From IMG/VR virus record IMGVR_UViG_3300046694_000196, positions 62,344 through 126,343 of that record: a stretch of DNA of 64,000 bases; one strand, given 5' to 3'. This DNA comes from a virus. Both the position numbers and the translations under genes were made by a program. Below the pieces are notes generated by a model, which saw only the letters and a program-made list of their open reading frames with translations, was not told the DNA's origin and ran no database searches. The first letter of the stretch is position 1. Each line of letters starts with the position of its first letter. Shown here in pieces: positions 35,871 to 47,247 of this stretch.

Positions 35871-36991
35871 GGACGCTCTACAAGGTAGACGAGAACGAGA
35901 ACGTCCGGACCTGGTCCATGGAGACCGACGGCCCCAACTTCCGCACCCACTCCGGCGTGCTGGACGGGAAGATCGTCGTGTCCGGCTGGAAGACAGCGAA
36001 GGCCAAGAACGTCGGCCGGGCGAACGCCACGACTCCCGAGGAGCAGGCCGTCCTAGAGGTAGACAGGAAGTACCTGGACCAGCTAGAGACGGGCGGCTAC
36101 TACGAGACGATCGAGGCGGCCCGCGAGGGAGTCACGGCGTACTTTGACTGCATGCTCGCCCATAGGTGGGGCGACGAGAAGCACCGGGTCACGTTCCCGG
36201 TCTACGAGCAGCCGAAGCTGGACGGCATCCGGTGCATCGCCACGGTTGACGGCCTCAAGACCCGCAACGGCAAGCGCCTCGTCGCGACGCCGCACATCGA
36301 AGAACAGCTGGAGAGGCTCCACCGTGAGCGACCGCGGGTCACCCTCGACGGCGAGCTCTACAACCACGAGCTCAAGGCCGACTTCGAGCAGATCGTGTCA
36401 CTCGTGCGACGCACCAAGCCCGACGAGCTCGACTTCATCAAGTCCCGCGAGATGGTTCAGTACCACGTCTACGACGTGTACGACGCGGACCGGCCGGGTC
36501 TCACGACTGGACAGCGCTCGCGGCTCCTGTACGAGCTCTTCGAGGAGTACTTCGGCGAGCTTTCACACGTCAGGCACGTCGAGGCCCACCTCGTGTACGA
36601 CCAGGAGGCCCTCGACGAGTGCTACGGTAACCACATCGAGGACGGATACGAGGGTCAGATGGTCCGGCTCGACGCGCCCTACGAGCAGAAGCGCTCGCGG
36701 AACCTCCTCAAGCGCAAGGAGTTCGAGGACGCGGAGTTCCGGATCGAGCGGGTCGAGAGCGGAGTCGGGAACTGGAACGGCTACGCCAAGCGCGTGTACG
36801 TCCGCCTCGAAGACGAGACGGTCCAGCGGGCCGGCACCCGCGGCAACCAGCCATTCCTGAAGAAAGTGCTGGAGGACGCCGACTCGTACGTCGGGACGGA
36901 AGTGACCGTAAGGTTCCAGAACCGGACCGCGGACGGCAAGCTGAGGTTCCCCGTCGTGACCAAGTTCTGGCACGGCGCCCGAGACCTCTGA
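35867..36991 (+). CDS. gp30: ATP-dependent DNA ligase (gp30-like)
   Basis: QPKLDGIRC, LDGELY, YHVYD, YEGQMVR, LLKRK, KLRFP. Confidence 0.95.
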   Translation: MRTLYKVDENENVRTWSMETDGPNFRTHSGVLDGKIVVSGWKTAKAKNVGRANATTPEEQAVLEVDRKYLDQLETGGYYETIEAAREGVTAYFDCMLAHRWGDEKHRVTFPVYEQPKLDGIRCIATVDGLKTRNGKRLVATPHIEEQLERLHRERPRVTLDGELYNHELKADFEQIVSLVRRTKPDELDFIKSREMVQYHVYDVYDADRPGLTTGQRSRLLYELFEEYFGELSHVRHVEAHLVYDQEALDECYGNHIEDGYEGQMVRLDAPYEQKRSRNLLKRKEFEDAEFRIERVESGVGNWNGYAKRVYVRLEDETVQRAGTRGNQPFLKKVLEDADSYVGTEVTVRFQNRTADGKLRFPVVTKFWHGARDL

Positions 36992-37170
36992 AATCAGACT
37001 ATTTTTGGTACATCGGTAAATTTTAGTTGACACGTGAAAGAGGCGTTGACATCGCTTTCCGGTTTGGATATACTGAACCGGACGGTTACCAGGCGTGCCG
37101 TTGTCGAGGAACGTGGGGTCCCTTCGACGAACACAGAAAAGGAAACGTGTCAACAACCGGAGTAACGAGT

Positions 37171-37467
37171 ATGTCACGCAATGCAATGTGGAAAGACCGA
37201 GATTTCGTGCTGCGACAGCTAAAGCTGCTCAGCCGAGGCCGCAAGATGGAGGCGTCTTACCACGTCTCCAGAGTAATGGAGGACAACGGGTTCATCAAGG
37301 CCCAGTTCGTCCGGCCCGAGGGCAAGGGGAGGACCGTCAAGGAGTACGTCCCCTTCGGCCGCGGGAAGATCATGCTGACCGCTGAGGCGAAGCGGAGGGC
37401 CCGAGACAGGGCACGGAAGGCAGAAGAGAGGTCGGTCAGTATCCCAAGTGACCAGGTCTCAAAGTAG
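37171..37467 (+). CDS. Small basic early protein
   Basis: After TTGACA-17-TATACT promoter at about 37046; GGAG RBS. Confidence 0.5.
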   Translation: MSRNAMWKDRDFVLRQLKLLSRGRKMEASYHVSRVMEDNGFIKAQFVRPEGKGRTVKEYVPFGRGKIMLTAEAKRRARDRARKAEERSVSIPSDQVSK

Positions 37468-37486
37468 GCCGCGCAGGAGCGATTTC

Positions 37487-37513
37487 AGGGGGAGTCTTCG
37501 GGCTCCCCTTTTC
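37487..37513 (+). terminator. Rho-independent terminator
   Basis: AGGGGGAGTC-TTCG-GGCTCCCCTTTT. Confidence 0.8.
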
Positions 37514-37561
37514 TGTGTTTACTTCTCTCGAGAAATGGTATACGCTTAAGGTAGAAGGAGA

Positions 37562-40500
37562 ATGGCCATGATTAAGTTCTATGATAAGTTCGAGCCCCCA
37601 CGCGTCTGGTACGACGCCGAGCACTACCAGAAGCTGGGCGCAGACCGGTTTGGCGTCCTCTCGGGCATCACCGACGTAGACGAGTGGGTAGAGTGGGCGG
37701 CCTTCACGGCTCGCTCCTACCAGGCCGCCCGGACGCTGGCGGGAGTGATCGACGAATGACGATGTACGGGATGCACTACGACTGGGTGCTGCAGGAGATC
37801 ACGGGTGTTGAGCTAGACGGCAAGACGTACACCGAGGAGCAGCTCGCCGAGGTCATCAAGGCCTACGAGAAGGCGCGTGAGACAGAAGATGAGCTGGACC
37901 GGGCACGGAGAGAACTCTCTGCACTCGAGGCGGCGTACTCTTCGGTCCTGAGAGACGCCGCCTACGAGCTGGTCGCATGCAAGAACGAGGGGTACGAGAC
38001 CGGTTTTGATGCCGGCTACAGCGAAGGGAGAGAAGATGCGCGACGCTTCCCATAGGTACGCGGTAGAGGCGAAGACGGGTGACGGGAACGTCGTCCACGT
38101 CCTGAACCCCGAGACCCACGGCGTGACATTCGAGAGTCACTCGTCGGCGGCCAGGACGGCCGAGACGATCGGGAAGCTCCTCGAGCACTCCGCGAGGGTG
38201 TCAGTAGTGACGGTGACGATGCACTGAACATTCTTGAAAATAGTAGTTTACATTCTCTCCGGAATGGTATATCTTAGAATTATCAAATCGGAAAGGAACA
38301 CCGCAATGCTGACTTTCAAAGAATTCCAGGACACCAAGGTCTTCTACGAGGACCTCGCGACAGTCATGACCGACTACGACGAGGAGCTCCGCGGGGTCGC
38401 AGGGTACGTCTACGCAGGCTACCTCTACATCGACAGGGACTCGGACGAATATCACCTGATACTCTGCTGTGACGAGTACTGGGACAAAGAGCTCGGAGTG
38501 CTTGAGAAGACGCTGTACGACGAGTGGTACGCGCCGGAACACGAGGGAGAGTGACATGACGAACTACCCTACTGCAGCGATGATCGTGGAGCGCCTCATC
38601 GTGAAGCGAGTGATCGCCGACCTGCTCGAGAAGTATCCGGGACCGATCACCGTGAACGACGGTGAGGAAGACGTGCTCACTTCTCGGTCTGAGTCGGAGA
38701 TATACGCTGCGATGTTCTCGACCTACGAAGACATCCTGCTCTTTGACGTGAAAGACGACCCCTGGAGCTTCGTACACTTCATCTACGGCAATGACGGTAC
38801 CGACGTCATCCACGACTACGGGATGCGCATAGAGGGCGTGATGGCTCCCATCAACGCCTGGATCGACGGAGGGATGGGCACGTGACCGGCTTCACATACA
38901 GGCCTCCCCTGGCCATGACAGACCGACACGTAGTAGACATGGCCCGTGCCCTGCTCGACATGCGAGAGGTGGAGGTGACTCCCGCGTCCATGTTCGAGGC
39001 AGTAGAAGCCGTCCTCGACGACCTCTTCGCTGCGCTGGACGACGAGCCCTGGGCGATCATCACGGTCGACGGCGAGGAGTTCATCCGCTGCCCTCGGGGC
39101 GATGACTACGCGTCCGCCTTCGACGACACCGTGGCCCGCGTCGGCGGCGAGGTGTCCCTGATGGTGTACGACCCTAGAGCAGGTTTCCACGTGCGGCAGG
39201 TCACTACGGTGACGGCGCACAAGTCATAGGAGAAGAGACGTGGACGACACGGCGATCAGAGACATCTTCGTCAAGAAGATCATGGAGTCAGGCGAGTGAC
39301 CAAGACACGAGAAGAACTCAAGGCGGCGGCGATCAGCGTCATACGGGGCTGCGGCTGGAAAGCCGGCGACCGCTTGTCACTGCACTCGGTGTCGGAACTC
39401 ATGGTCGCCCTTGCCTGGCAGCTGCAGGATAATCTTGACGAAGATGTCGAAGTCACTGTCTTGAAGAAAGCTGCGCGGGTCGCCCGGGACTTCGGAGACG
39501 AAGAATTCAGGACGGGCGAGAAGGGGTTCATCCGGGGAGTAGCCTACGCCTCTGAGTCGATCGCGCTGGCGATAGAGGACCTCTCGGGATCAGATCTCGA
39601 CTCTCCTGACGTAACAGAGCAGCTGCGAGACAGGGTCGAGGGACTCGAGGCAGACCTCGACAGTGCCGTGGCGGTTGCCTGGTGCAGGGGAGCGATTGAC
39701 TGGGTGAAACTCAACTACCCGTCTCACGCCGCCCGCCTGGAAGAGACATTCCCGTCTGCGGGCGTAGAGTACGAATACCTACCGAGAGGACGACTGACAT
39801 GAACGAGCACATAGAGCTAGAAGACCTATTACTGATCCCTAAAGAACTGACGGATGAGGAATGGGCCAAAGTAAAGTACAATGTTGATCGAAAGGCAAAT
39901 CCTGATATCCCACTGTGGCGCATTCAGGAAGCAGTCAAGTACGCGGAGTTCATCGCAGGGCATCGGGGACAGGCAATGCTCAACAAAGCTCTTTCTTCAC
40001 AGAATGCTGCCAAACGTCACTTCTACGATGACGCCGAGGACTTCGCCTACATGACCGGTGACTACGCCTCGCGGGCCGAAGTTGTCTTCCTGCGAGACAT
40101 CGACGGGACCGGCAGCATGCACCCCTGTGCCGAAGGCGACTCGGGTGCCGTAGAATACGTACCTAGAGAGGACGACTGACATGAACAAGTACGTGCAGAC
40201 ACTGCGAGGCCTCCAGGAAGCGAGGCGCGCCAACCGCACGGTCGATGTGCACAGCGTAGTGAAGGCCGTCGTCGACGCCATCGCTGACTCTGTAGAGACT
40301 CCCCAGGCCGCCTGGTACGAAGACAGCACGGGCTGCTTCCACCTGAGCCTCGACGTCGCCATCATCGAAGAGAACGCCGCGGAGAACGGACACCGGGTTC
40401 ACTACCTGTACGGACGACCCGTCGAGCCCGCGGTGCGCGAGGACGACATCGAGAACGTAGAGGAAGCGGTCATGGGAATGGACTGGTTAGGAACTGGCTC

Positions 40501-41663
40501 CGACTCCGCGTCCGCTGACAGGGAGAGAGCGGCTGCTGAACGCAGCTGGGAAAAGATCAAGGCGTACCTGCGGGGAGGCGATCATGGCTAAGGTCCTTCA
40601 CCTGTTGAGTGCCGGCCTGATGGCCCTGCTGATGATAGTCCTGCTGCTCACTTTCGCGGCGCCTCACACGTACAGCGTCAAGTGTGGTGCTGAACAGGGA
40701 GCCTGCCAGGAAGTGATCAGCTACGGCTGGTTCTGGGTGACGTCGGGAGGAGATCGATGAGCGTGACTCGACTGAGAGAACTCGTCACGTCCTGGAGAGA
40801 CAAGCACGGAGACCCGAACGGCGCTCCGTACGAGCAGGGCCAGTGGGACATGGCACAGAGGGTCCTGGGCAGCCTCCGAGAGGAAGGGTACTCGATGCGG
40901 CCGATCACCGAGGCTCCCCGTGACAGGACCGTGCTCGGGTGGGGGCCGCACATAGGCTTCTCGCTGGTGTACTGGGACAGGCACGGCGACCAGTTCCAGA
41001 AAGTAGACCTGGGCTCGCCGTACCGCTTCGGCAAGGATGCCGTCACCCACTTCACCCTGCTGCCCGAGAAACCCGAACTCTGAGAGAATAACTATGACGA
41101 TAAGTGACGCGATGATAAAGGCGCTGGAGTGGAGGCCCGTCGAACCCTATGATTTTTGTAAGGCTAGATGGTTCGCGATACATGCATATGGCGGCTATCA
41201 CATTGAGGAGCGCGATACGAACGGCATGGGGCGCATACGCTACTTCACGATCCCTGTCAAAGCTCTTACCGAATACCTCACATTCGATGAAGCCGTTGCA
41301 TCTGTTCAGGCCGACTACGAACAGCGCATCCGCTCCGCTCTCTCCACATCCCAAAGCGGCCCCTCACACATAAATCCTGAACTGGAACCAGGCGAATACG
41401 TCGTCACAATCGCTACCAAAGGCGGCGCGGTCCAGATTAATGGACAGGTCAATCCTGCGCCTGAGGTGGCTGCGCTTAGGGCTGAGAACGAGCGGCTGCG
41501 GGATGCACTCCGCAAGATCATTCGACAAGATGACACCGGACCCATGGTCTACAAACCCAGTAGAAACGGTCCTTCGCAAGCAATCGGTGGATCGAAAGGA
41601 AAGTTTGCGGCAATCGCCCGGACTGCCCTCGATGAACGTGAGGGCCGAGTCGATGGCGACTAA
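37562..41663 (+). other. Hypervariable run of small early hypothetical ORFs (about 13 ORFs)
   Basis: Overlapping stop/start codons, promoters at about 37518 and 38248, patches of lower GC (about 39780-40000 and 41090-41640). Confidence 0.55.
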
Positions 41664-41937
41664 CCCGCGCGCCAAGTGGCGTGACCGGTTACGAGAACTC
41701 CGAGGCTCGAAGTGCTGCTACTGCGAGCGCGAGACCGTCCCCAACGTGCACGGGGCTCCCGAGCCGCTCTCTGAGACGCTCGAGCACCTGCACAGGGTCG
41801 AAGACGGCGGCGTCACCGAGCTGCACAACCTGACCATAGCGTGCTGGGAGTGCAACTCCGGCCGCGGACGCATCGACTGGCTGGTCTACAAGTCCTACAG
41901 GATGGGAGAGCTCACGGAGATCTGTGAGCTGGTATAG
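41653..41937 (+). CDS. HNH endonuclease
   Basis: CCYC...TLEHL...GG...NLTIACWECNSGRG. Confidence 0.85.
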   Translation: MATNPRAKWRDRLRELRGSKCCYCERETVPNVHGAPEPLSETLEHLHRVEDGGVTELHNLTIACWECNSGRGRIDWLVYKSYRMGELTEICELV

Positions 41938-41992
41938 TGACATATGAGTAACAGTCGTCGAGAATCGTACAGAAATAGTGTAACGATCTGAA

Positions 41993-42240
41993 TTCTATGG
42001 GTTGACAGGCTTTTCAGGTAGTGGTATAATAGACCCATCGTCTAGGCTGAATGACTCCGACAGAAGTACGAAGCTTGCTTCGACTTGAGCTTGCTCAAGC
42101 AGGCGACGTAAACGCGTAGCGAAAGACGAGCCGTAGCAACCGAGTAGCTGAAGCAGTCTGATTGACTTCCGTATCAATGACAAAGTGTGTCCTCCGGACC
42201 CGCATTCAACCGCGACTCGCGACCCTCCGGGTCGGGCTCC
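41993..42240 (+). repeat. Promoter plus multi-stem-loop cassette, copy 2 (PeSL-like)
   Basis: TTCTATGGGTTGACA, TGGTATAATAG, 31-nt double-hairpin block (42069-42099) and 36-nt block identical to copy 1. Confidence 0.85.
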
Positions 42241-42438
42241 GCCAACGCTGGTGTAACATGATATCTCTGATAGGAGTGGTCACCCTCGTGGCCGCGGCGT
42301 ACTTCATAGTGACCGACCCGAAGAGGGACAGGTGATGCTCGAATTGCTGATCGTCGTTCTCGCAGCAACCGTGTTCGTCGTGTTGTTCTCCAAGTTTCTG
42401 GACTGGTTCTTGGACTGGTTTTTCTTTGGAGGCCCGAT

Positions 42439-42933
42439 GTGATAACCTACGAGACCGGAGACATCACCTCCACCTACTGTCACGCGATAGCCCACGGCTG
42501 TAACATGCGAGGCAAGATGGGCGCCGGAGTGGCCCTGGCCATACGTCAGAAGTACCCTCGGGCGTACGACGAGTACCTCCGGTTACTCCCTGGCAGGAGC
42601 CTGGGCGACGTCATCACGGCCGAGTGTGACGGTAAGCTCATCGGCAACCTCCTCACGCAGGACCAGATCGGCCGTGACGGGAAACGGTACGCTTCTTACC
42701 CAGCAGTGTACAGGTCACTCATGGTGTTCACCACCTACTACAAGATGACCGGCGCATCCACGACTGTAGACTCGTCACTGTCGCCCATCGCTATACCGAA
42801 GGTCGGCTGCGGGCTGGGAGGCCTCAGGTGGGACTACGGACAAGTCGGCGTGAAGCGCATAGTCGAGGAAGTGTCCCGCCTGACGGGAGTCGACTTCGTA
42901 GTGTACTCAGACCGCCGAGAAGACTGGAAATGA
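42439..42933 (+). CDS. Macrodomain protein (Poa1p/T4 Tk.4-like)
   Basis: GDIT...IAHGCNMRGKMGAGVALAIR...IAIPKVGCGLGGLRW. Confidence 0.88.
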   Translation: MITYETGDITSTYCHAIAHGCNMRGKMGAGVALAIRQKYPRAYDEYLRLLPGRSLGDVITAECDGKLIGNLLTQDQIGRDGKRYASYPAVYRSLMVFTTYYKMTGASTTVDSSLSPIAIPKVGCGLGGLRWDYGQVGVKRIVEEVSRLTGVDFVVYSDRREDWK

Positions 42934-42992
42934 ACGGTTGACATTCTCGACGCAGCTTGATACAGCTGGTACGAGAAACGGAAAGGACGACA

Positions 42993-43556
42993 ATGTTTCA
43001 GAGAGTAGACTTCACCGAGGCGCAGCTCGCGAACATCGAGAAGCTGCGTGCTTTCCTGCAGGACCTACCGGGCCGTAACTTCGATCACAGTTACTGGAAC
43101 GGGTGGTCCGGGGCTAGCGACCACGCTCCCGTCGTCGTGGAGGACGTCAACGTCTGTGGCACGTCGGCGTGCATCGGCGGCTGGGCGGTCATAGTGGGTG
43201 AACTCGCTCCATACGCGGTCGTCGGCAATGAGGTCGTCTTTCTGGACAGGGTAAATTTCGGAAAGGTCGCCGGCGAGTGGCTCGGCCTGACCGACAGGCG
43301 CAGCCAGACAGCTCTGTTCTGGCCCATGGACGCCTACGACCTCGTCCGTAACTTGCCGATGACTTACTTCAGTGAGATCGGTTCTCGCGAGCGCGAAGAG
43401 ATCATTGAGCTGCAGTATGGCGGCTTCCTACACAGTGACACGACTCCGCAGCAGGCCGCGGCATTCCTCGCGAGGATGGCCGCAGAGGGAGGCGTCGACA
43501 TCGCCTGGTGGAGAGACATCAAGAAGGACAACGGGGAGACTCAAAGTGACCACTAG
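42993..43556 (+). CDS. Hypothetical protein (CGTSACIGGW motif)
   Basis: Promoter TTGACA at 42938 and CGGAAAGGA RBS. Confidence 0.6.
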   Translation: MFQRVDFTEAQLANIEKLRAFLQDLPGRNFDHSYWNGWSGASDHAPVVVEDVNVCGTSACIGGWAVIVGELAPYAVVGNEVVFLDRVNFGKVAGEWLGLTDRRSQTALFWPMDAYDLVRNLPMTYFSEIGSREREEIIELQYGGFLHSDTTPQQAAAFLARMAAEGGVDIAWWRDIKKDNGETQSDH

Positions 43557-43911
43557 AGAACAAGACGAGAACATCAGGGTCTGGGTCGCCGCCCTGCGGT
43601 CGGGTGAATACAAGCAGGGCCGAGGCACCCTCTTCAACCCCAATGAATTTGGAGCAGATGCTGGTCACTGCTGCCTCGGCGTCGCCGGGCGAGTGGTGTG
43701 TCATATCGATGACGTCACCCTGGCCGAAGGCGGGGGCTACGGCCAGGTAATGGACGCTGTGGGTCTGTCTTCGACGCTGGGGTTCTTCAGTGACAAAGAC
43801 GGGCGAAGACTGTCTCTGGCCCTGCTCAATGACTTCAATGACGATCGACGCCTGAACTTCAACCAGATCGCAGACCTCATCGAGTCGCGGCCGAAGGGAC
43901 TTTTCATATGA
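43546..43911 (+). CDS. Hypothetical protein, paralog A (WVAALRSG.Y.Q..G.L, CCLGV)
   Basis: Clear similarity to the adjacent ORF. Confidence 0.65.
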   Translation: MTTREQDENIRVWVAALRSGEYKQGRGTLFNPNEFGADAGHCCLGVAGRVVCHIDDVTLAEGGGYGQVMDAVGLSSTLGFFSDKDGRRLSLALLNDFNDDRRLNFNQIADLIESRPKGLFI

Positions 43912-44279
43912 CCACACGAGAACAAGACGTGAAGATCGAGGCGTGGGTGGAGGCGCTCCGTTCCGGCAAGTACGCCCAGACACGCGGCGAGCTCTGCAGG
44001 ATCCGCGACGACGGCTCACCCTCTTACTGCTGCCTCGGCGTCGCTGGTTCTCTCCTGGGAATCGCTGACGAGGCCATGCAGCGCGGTCTAGACGTCGAGA
44101 TCGGCACGATAGGACCGAACGAGACTTACGAGAAGGTCAAGGACGCTTACGGCCTGACTTCTACTCTGGGTAGGTATGCCAGAAGTGCGCTCTACACCCA
44201 CAACGATACCCACCAGTGGACCTTCGAAGAGATCGCGGACCTCATCGAGTCACGCCCGGAGGGTCTCTTCGTTGACTGA
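43908..44279 (+). CDS. Hypothetical protein, paralog B
   Basis: MTTREQD...WVEALRSGKY...CCLGVA...IADLIESRP. Confidence 0.65.
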   Translation: MTTREQDVKIEAWVEALRSGKYAQTRGELCRIRDDGSPSYCCLGVAGSLLGIADEAMQRGLDVEIGTIGPNETYEKVKDAYGLTSTLGRYARSALYTHNDTHQWTFEEIADLIESRPEGLFVD

Positions 44280-45366
44280 CCTCCTCTACGCGCAGACCGG
44301 CCGGGCCATAACTGAAGCCATCGCTGCCGGGGAGTACTCGATCAAGTTCGTCGACCTCAATGACTACTGGCCAGAGCTCCTCTTGACCCTCCCGAAGTCC
44401 AAGTCATGGAACAGCGTGAGGGTCACTGCCACACTCCGATGGGACCACCTGCGGCTGAACTGGTTCTACGGTTGGAATGAGGGCAACCCGATATTCTCGA
44501 CGGTCGACGTCAAGTTCGGTCTCTTCTCGAGTTACGAGCTCGAGCGTGAATTACTGTTCGACGTGGTACAGCTGACGATGATCGAGCGTGCCCTCTACGA
44601 CGCGCTTGCCCGTAAGAACTCTGAGCTGGAGGCCGCGCACAAGGTCCGGGACCTCTCGATCGCCCGACGCCTGCAGAAATCTTTCGGTATCAGTTGACAC
44701 GCATCTAGAATTGGTATAGGCTGGTAACAACAACGGAGGGTGACATGGTATTCGTAGTCATGACTGTGGCGTACCTCGGGCACGTCGAGCAGTTCAAGTT
44801 CCGCTCGAGAGACGTCGAGACCTGCGAGGGCAACCGGGCCTACGTGACCCGCCTCGTGGAGTCACAGGTCACGGACTCGAGGGTCTCTTACTCCTGCGAG
44901 GTCGAAGATGCAGCGCATTGACCTCTACTGGGTGTGCGTCGGCATAACCTTCGCTATCATCGTCGTCTCCTGCCTGGTGCTGAGCTCATGAACAAGTACT
45001 TCACTTTCGCGCTCGCGATCGCCATCAGTTTCGTCCTGTGCCTGCTGCTCGGGACACCCATCGACGCCCGCTTGACCGGAGGCTTCGTCTTCGGGGGAGC
45101 CTACGCGTTCTTCCTTTCCTGGCTGGAGACACGATGAGAAACCTGCTCTACACGTACCTCTCGGGAGCGGCCGGCATGGTCATAGCGTACTTCATGCTGG
45201 GTATCTTCGATCCGTCATACGTCATCGGGTTCGTAACGGGAGCGGCCATCCTCGCTTTCACGATCCGTACGGAGCTGTTTGGCCCATGAGACGCCTAGGC
45301 TTCCTCGTTCTCGCGGTCGCAGTGGCGTTCACCGCGGTCTTCACCCTGATCGCCCGCTCTGAGCGA
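44272..45366 (+). other. Small hypothetical and membrane ORFs
   Basis: 44272-44697 plus several short hydrophobic ORFs after a promoter at about 44694. Confidence 0.45.
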
Positions 45367-45409
45367 CCGCTCAGCATGTCTCTCAATGCTTACCTAGAGG
45401 AGCAATCAC

Positions 45410-46225
45410 TTGAATAGGTTCCTGTTCTCCCTGGCGCTCGGCGCCGTGCTGACCGCAGCCTCGTACGGTGCAGGCTACGCCCTCGGACTCATCGACTCGG
45501 TGTCCTGGCTCGAGGCCTTCGCGGTCTGGACTTCCTACAGCTGCACGTACCTCTGCGTCAAGCAGACCCGCTGGAACTACCCGGTCGGGGTCGTCACGAC
45601 TGCTGCCTGGTCGGCTGTCTTCTGGCAGACGGGTGCTCCCGCTCTCGCGGCGTTCAACCTCTACCTGGTGTTCTCCCTGGCCTACGGCTGGTTCCGGTGG
45701 AGGCCCGACTCGGAGACGCGCCCCGTGACCGACACGCCCCTGAAGTCCTGGCCGCTCTACGCTCTGCTCGGTGTCGGCGTGACCGCCCTCTTCCTGGGCG
45801 CCAACTGGGCCTTCAACCACACGTTGTCTTTCTATGACGCGACCTCTCTCCTGAGCCCCATCGACGTGGGCCTCGCAGCTTTCTCGGGAGTGGCGCAGTT
45901 CCTGCTCGACAACAAGAAGAGCTCCAACTGGCTCGTGTGGATCGGAGTCGACGTGGTCTCGATCCCCTACATGTTCTCGCTCGGGCTTCCCGTGACGGCC
46001 TTCCAGTACGTGCTCTTCACGGCCAACGCAGTCTGGGGCTACTACGAGTGGAGGAAGTCCATGAGGGTGGACGAACCAGTGCAGGATCTCCGTGGTGATA
46101 CATGGCCTTACGGCGGCGCCTGGGGTGGACTGGGCAAGGACGACGCGAACCACCCAAAGTGGTCACCGCTCACGGAGTGTAACTACCGCCGCAAGGACGG
46201 CCTTGACTGGGAGGACTCGTATTGA
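45410..46225 (+). CDS. pnuC: PnuC nicotinamide riboside transporter
   Basis: Multi-TM; EAFAVWTS..C.YL..KQ..WNYP, KKSSNWLVWIGVDVVSI, GYYEW. Confidence 0.9.
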   Translation: MNRFLFSLALGAVLTAASYGAGYALGLIDSVSWLEAFAVWTSYSCTYLCVKQTRWNYPVGVVTTAAWSAVFWQTGAPALAAFNLYLVFSLAYGWFRWRPDSETRPVTDTPLKSWPLYALLGVGVTALFLGANWAFNHTLSFYDATSLLSPIDVGLAAFSGVAQFLLDNKKSSNWLVWIGVDVVSIPYMFSLGLPVTAFQYVLFTANAVWGYYEWRKSMRVDEPVQDLRGDTWPYGGAWGGLGKDDANHPKWSPLTECNYRRKDGLDWEDSY

Positions 46226-47247
46226 CCAACGGAGTGATCCTCATGACCGCGCTAGTCCCGACCAAGGGTCACGCGGCGCTCATCGACTTCGCGCGAGAAT
46301 TCGTGGGGCCTAACGGTATCGTTGACGTGATCGTCAGCACCCGGTCCCACGAGCCGGTCGCGGGCTCACTCAGAGTGATGACACTCAAGGAGCACTACTC
46401 CCGAGACAACGTCTTCATCATCGAGCACGCCGACGACTTCGCTCCCCAGAACCCCTCCAGTCGCCATGACTGGAATTACTGGCGGGACGTAGTGGTCGGA
46501 CACGGCGAGTACGAGTATGACTACCTCTTCGCGAGCGAGCCCTACGGGGCGAAGATGGCCGAGCTGATCGGGGCAGAGTTCATCCCGTTCGATCCGGGTC
46601 GCGTCTTCGAGACCGTCAAGGGCACTGACGTTCGAAAGCACCTCGAGTACAGGTTCGACGACCTGCTGCCCGAGTTCGGTCGTCGAGTGTCCAAGAAGGT
46701 CGTCTTCTTCGGCCAGGAGTCCTGCGGCAAGACCACGATGACCCGTGAGATGGCGGCTGAGTACTGCTCCTACATGACTGACGAGTGGGCCAGGCCCTAC
46801 CTCGAGTCCATGGACGACAAGACCGTCACCGACGAGAAGATGCACCGGATAGCCGAGGGCCAGTACGCACTGCAGAGGGTCGCACGGTCCAAGGGCGACC
46901 GTCCGTTCGTGTTCCACGACACCGACCTGCTGTCCACTATAGGCTACGGGCGTATCTACGGCGGCGAGCCCCACCCGCGGATCGAAGACTGGTTCCGCGT
47001 GACCAAGGCCGACCTCTACGTCGTGATGAACGACGCGGTGCCGTTCGTGCCCGACCCCCTTCGCTACGGCGGGGACGTTCGAGAGTCCACCCGGCAGTTC
47101 TGGGTAGACCTGCTCGAGGAGTACGGCTGTCGCTATCACCTGGTAGAGTCGACGGGCTACGACGAGACCCTCCAGGAGCTCTACCGAGTGGTAGACGACC
47201 TCTTCGGAGAGACCTGGAAGCCCATACGAGAATTCGAGAGAGAATGA
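46222..47247 (+). CDS. nadR: NadR-like NMN adenylyltransferase / ribosylnicotinamide kinase
   Basis: PTKGH (HxGH variant), ASEPYG, GQESCGKTT Walker A, EWARPY, DTD, DPLRYG. Confidence 0.88.
   Translation: MTNGVILMTALVPTKGHAALIDFAREFVGPNGIVDVIVSTRSHEPVAGSLRVMTLKEHYSRDNVFIIEHADDFAPQNPSSRHDWNYWRDVVVGHGEYEYDYLFASEPYGAKMAELIGAEFIPFDPGRVFETVKGTDVRKHLEYRFDDLLPEFGRRVSKKVVFFGQESCGKTTMTREMAAEYCSYMTDEWARPYLESMDDKTVTDEKMHRIAEGQYALQRVARSKGDRPFVFHDTDLLSTIGYGRIYGGEPHPRIEDWFRVTKADLYVVMNDAVPFVPDPLRYGGDVRESTRQFWVDLLEEYGCRYHLVESTGYDETLQELYRVVDDLFGETWKPIREFERE

Noticed and set aside
38882-39802. TAG readthrough fusing 38882-39229 with in-frame 39296-39802
   Set aside because: The gap holds its own RBS plus a small ORF (GTG at about 39240) coupled to the downstream start; in-frame phase has a one-in-three chance.
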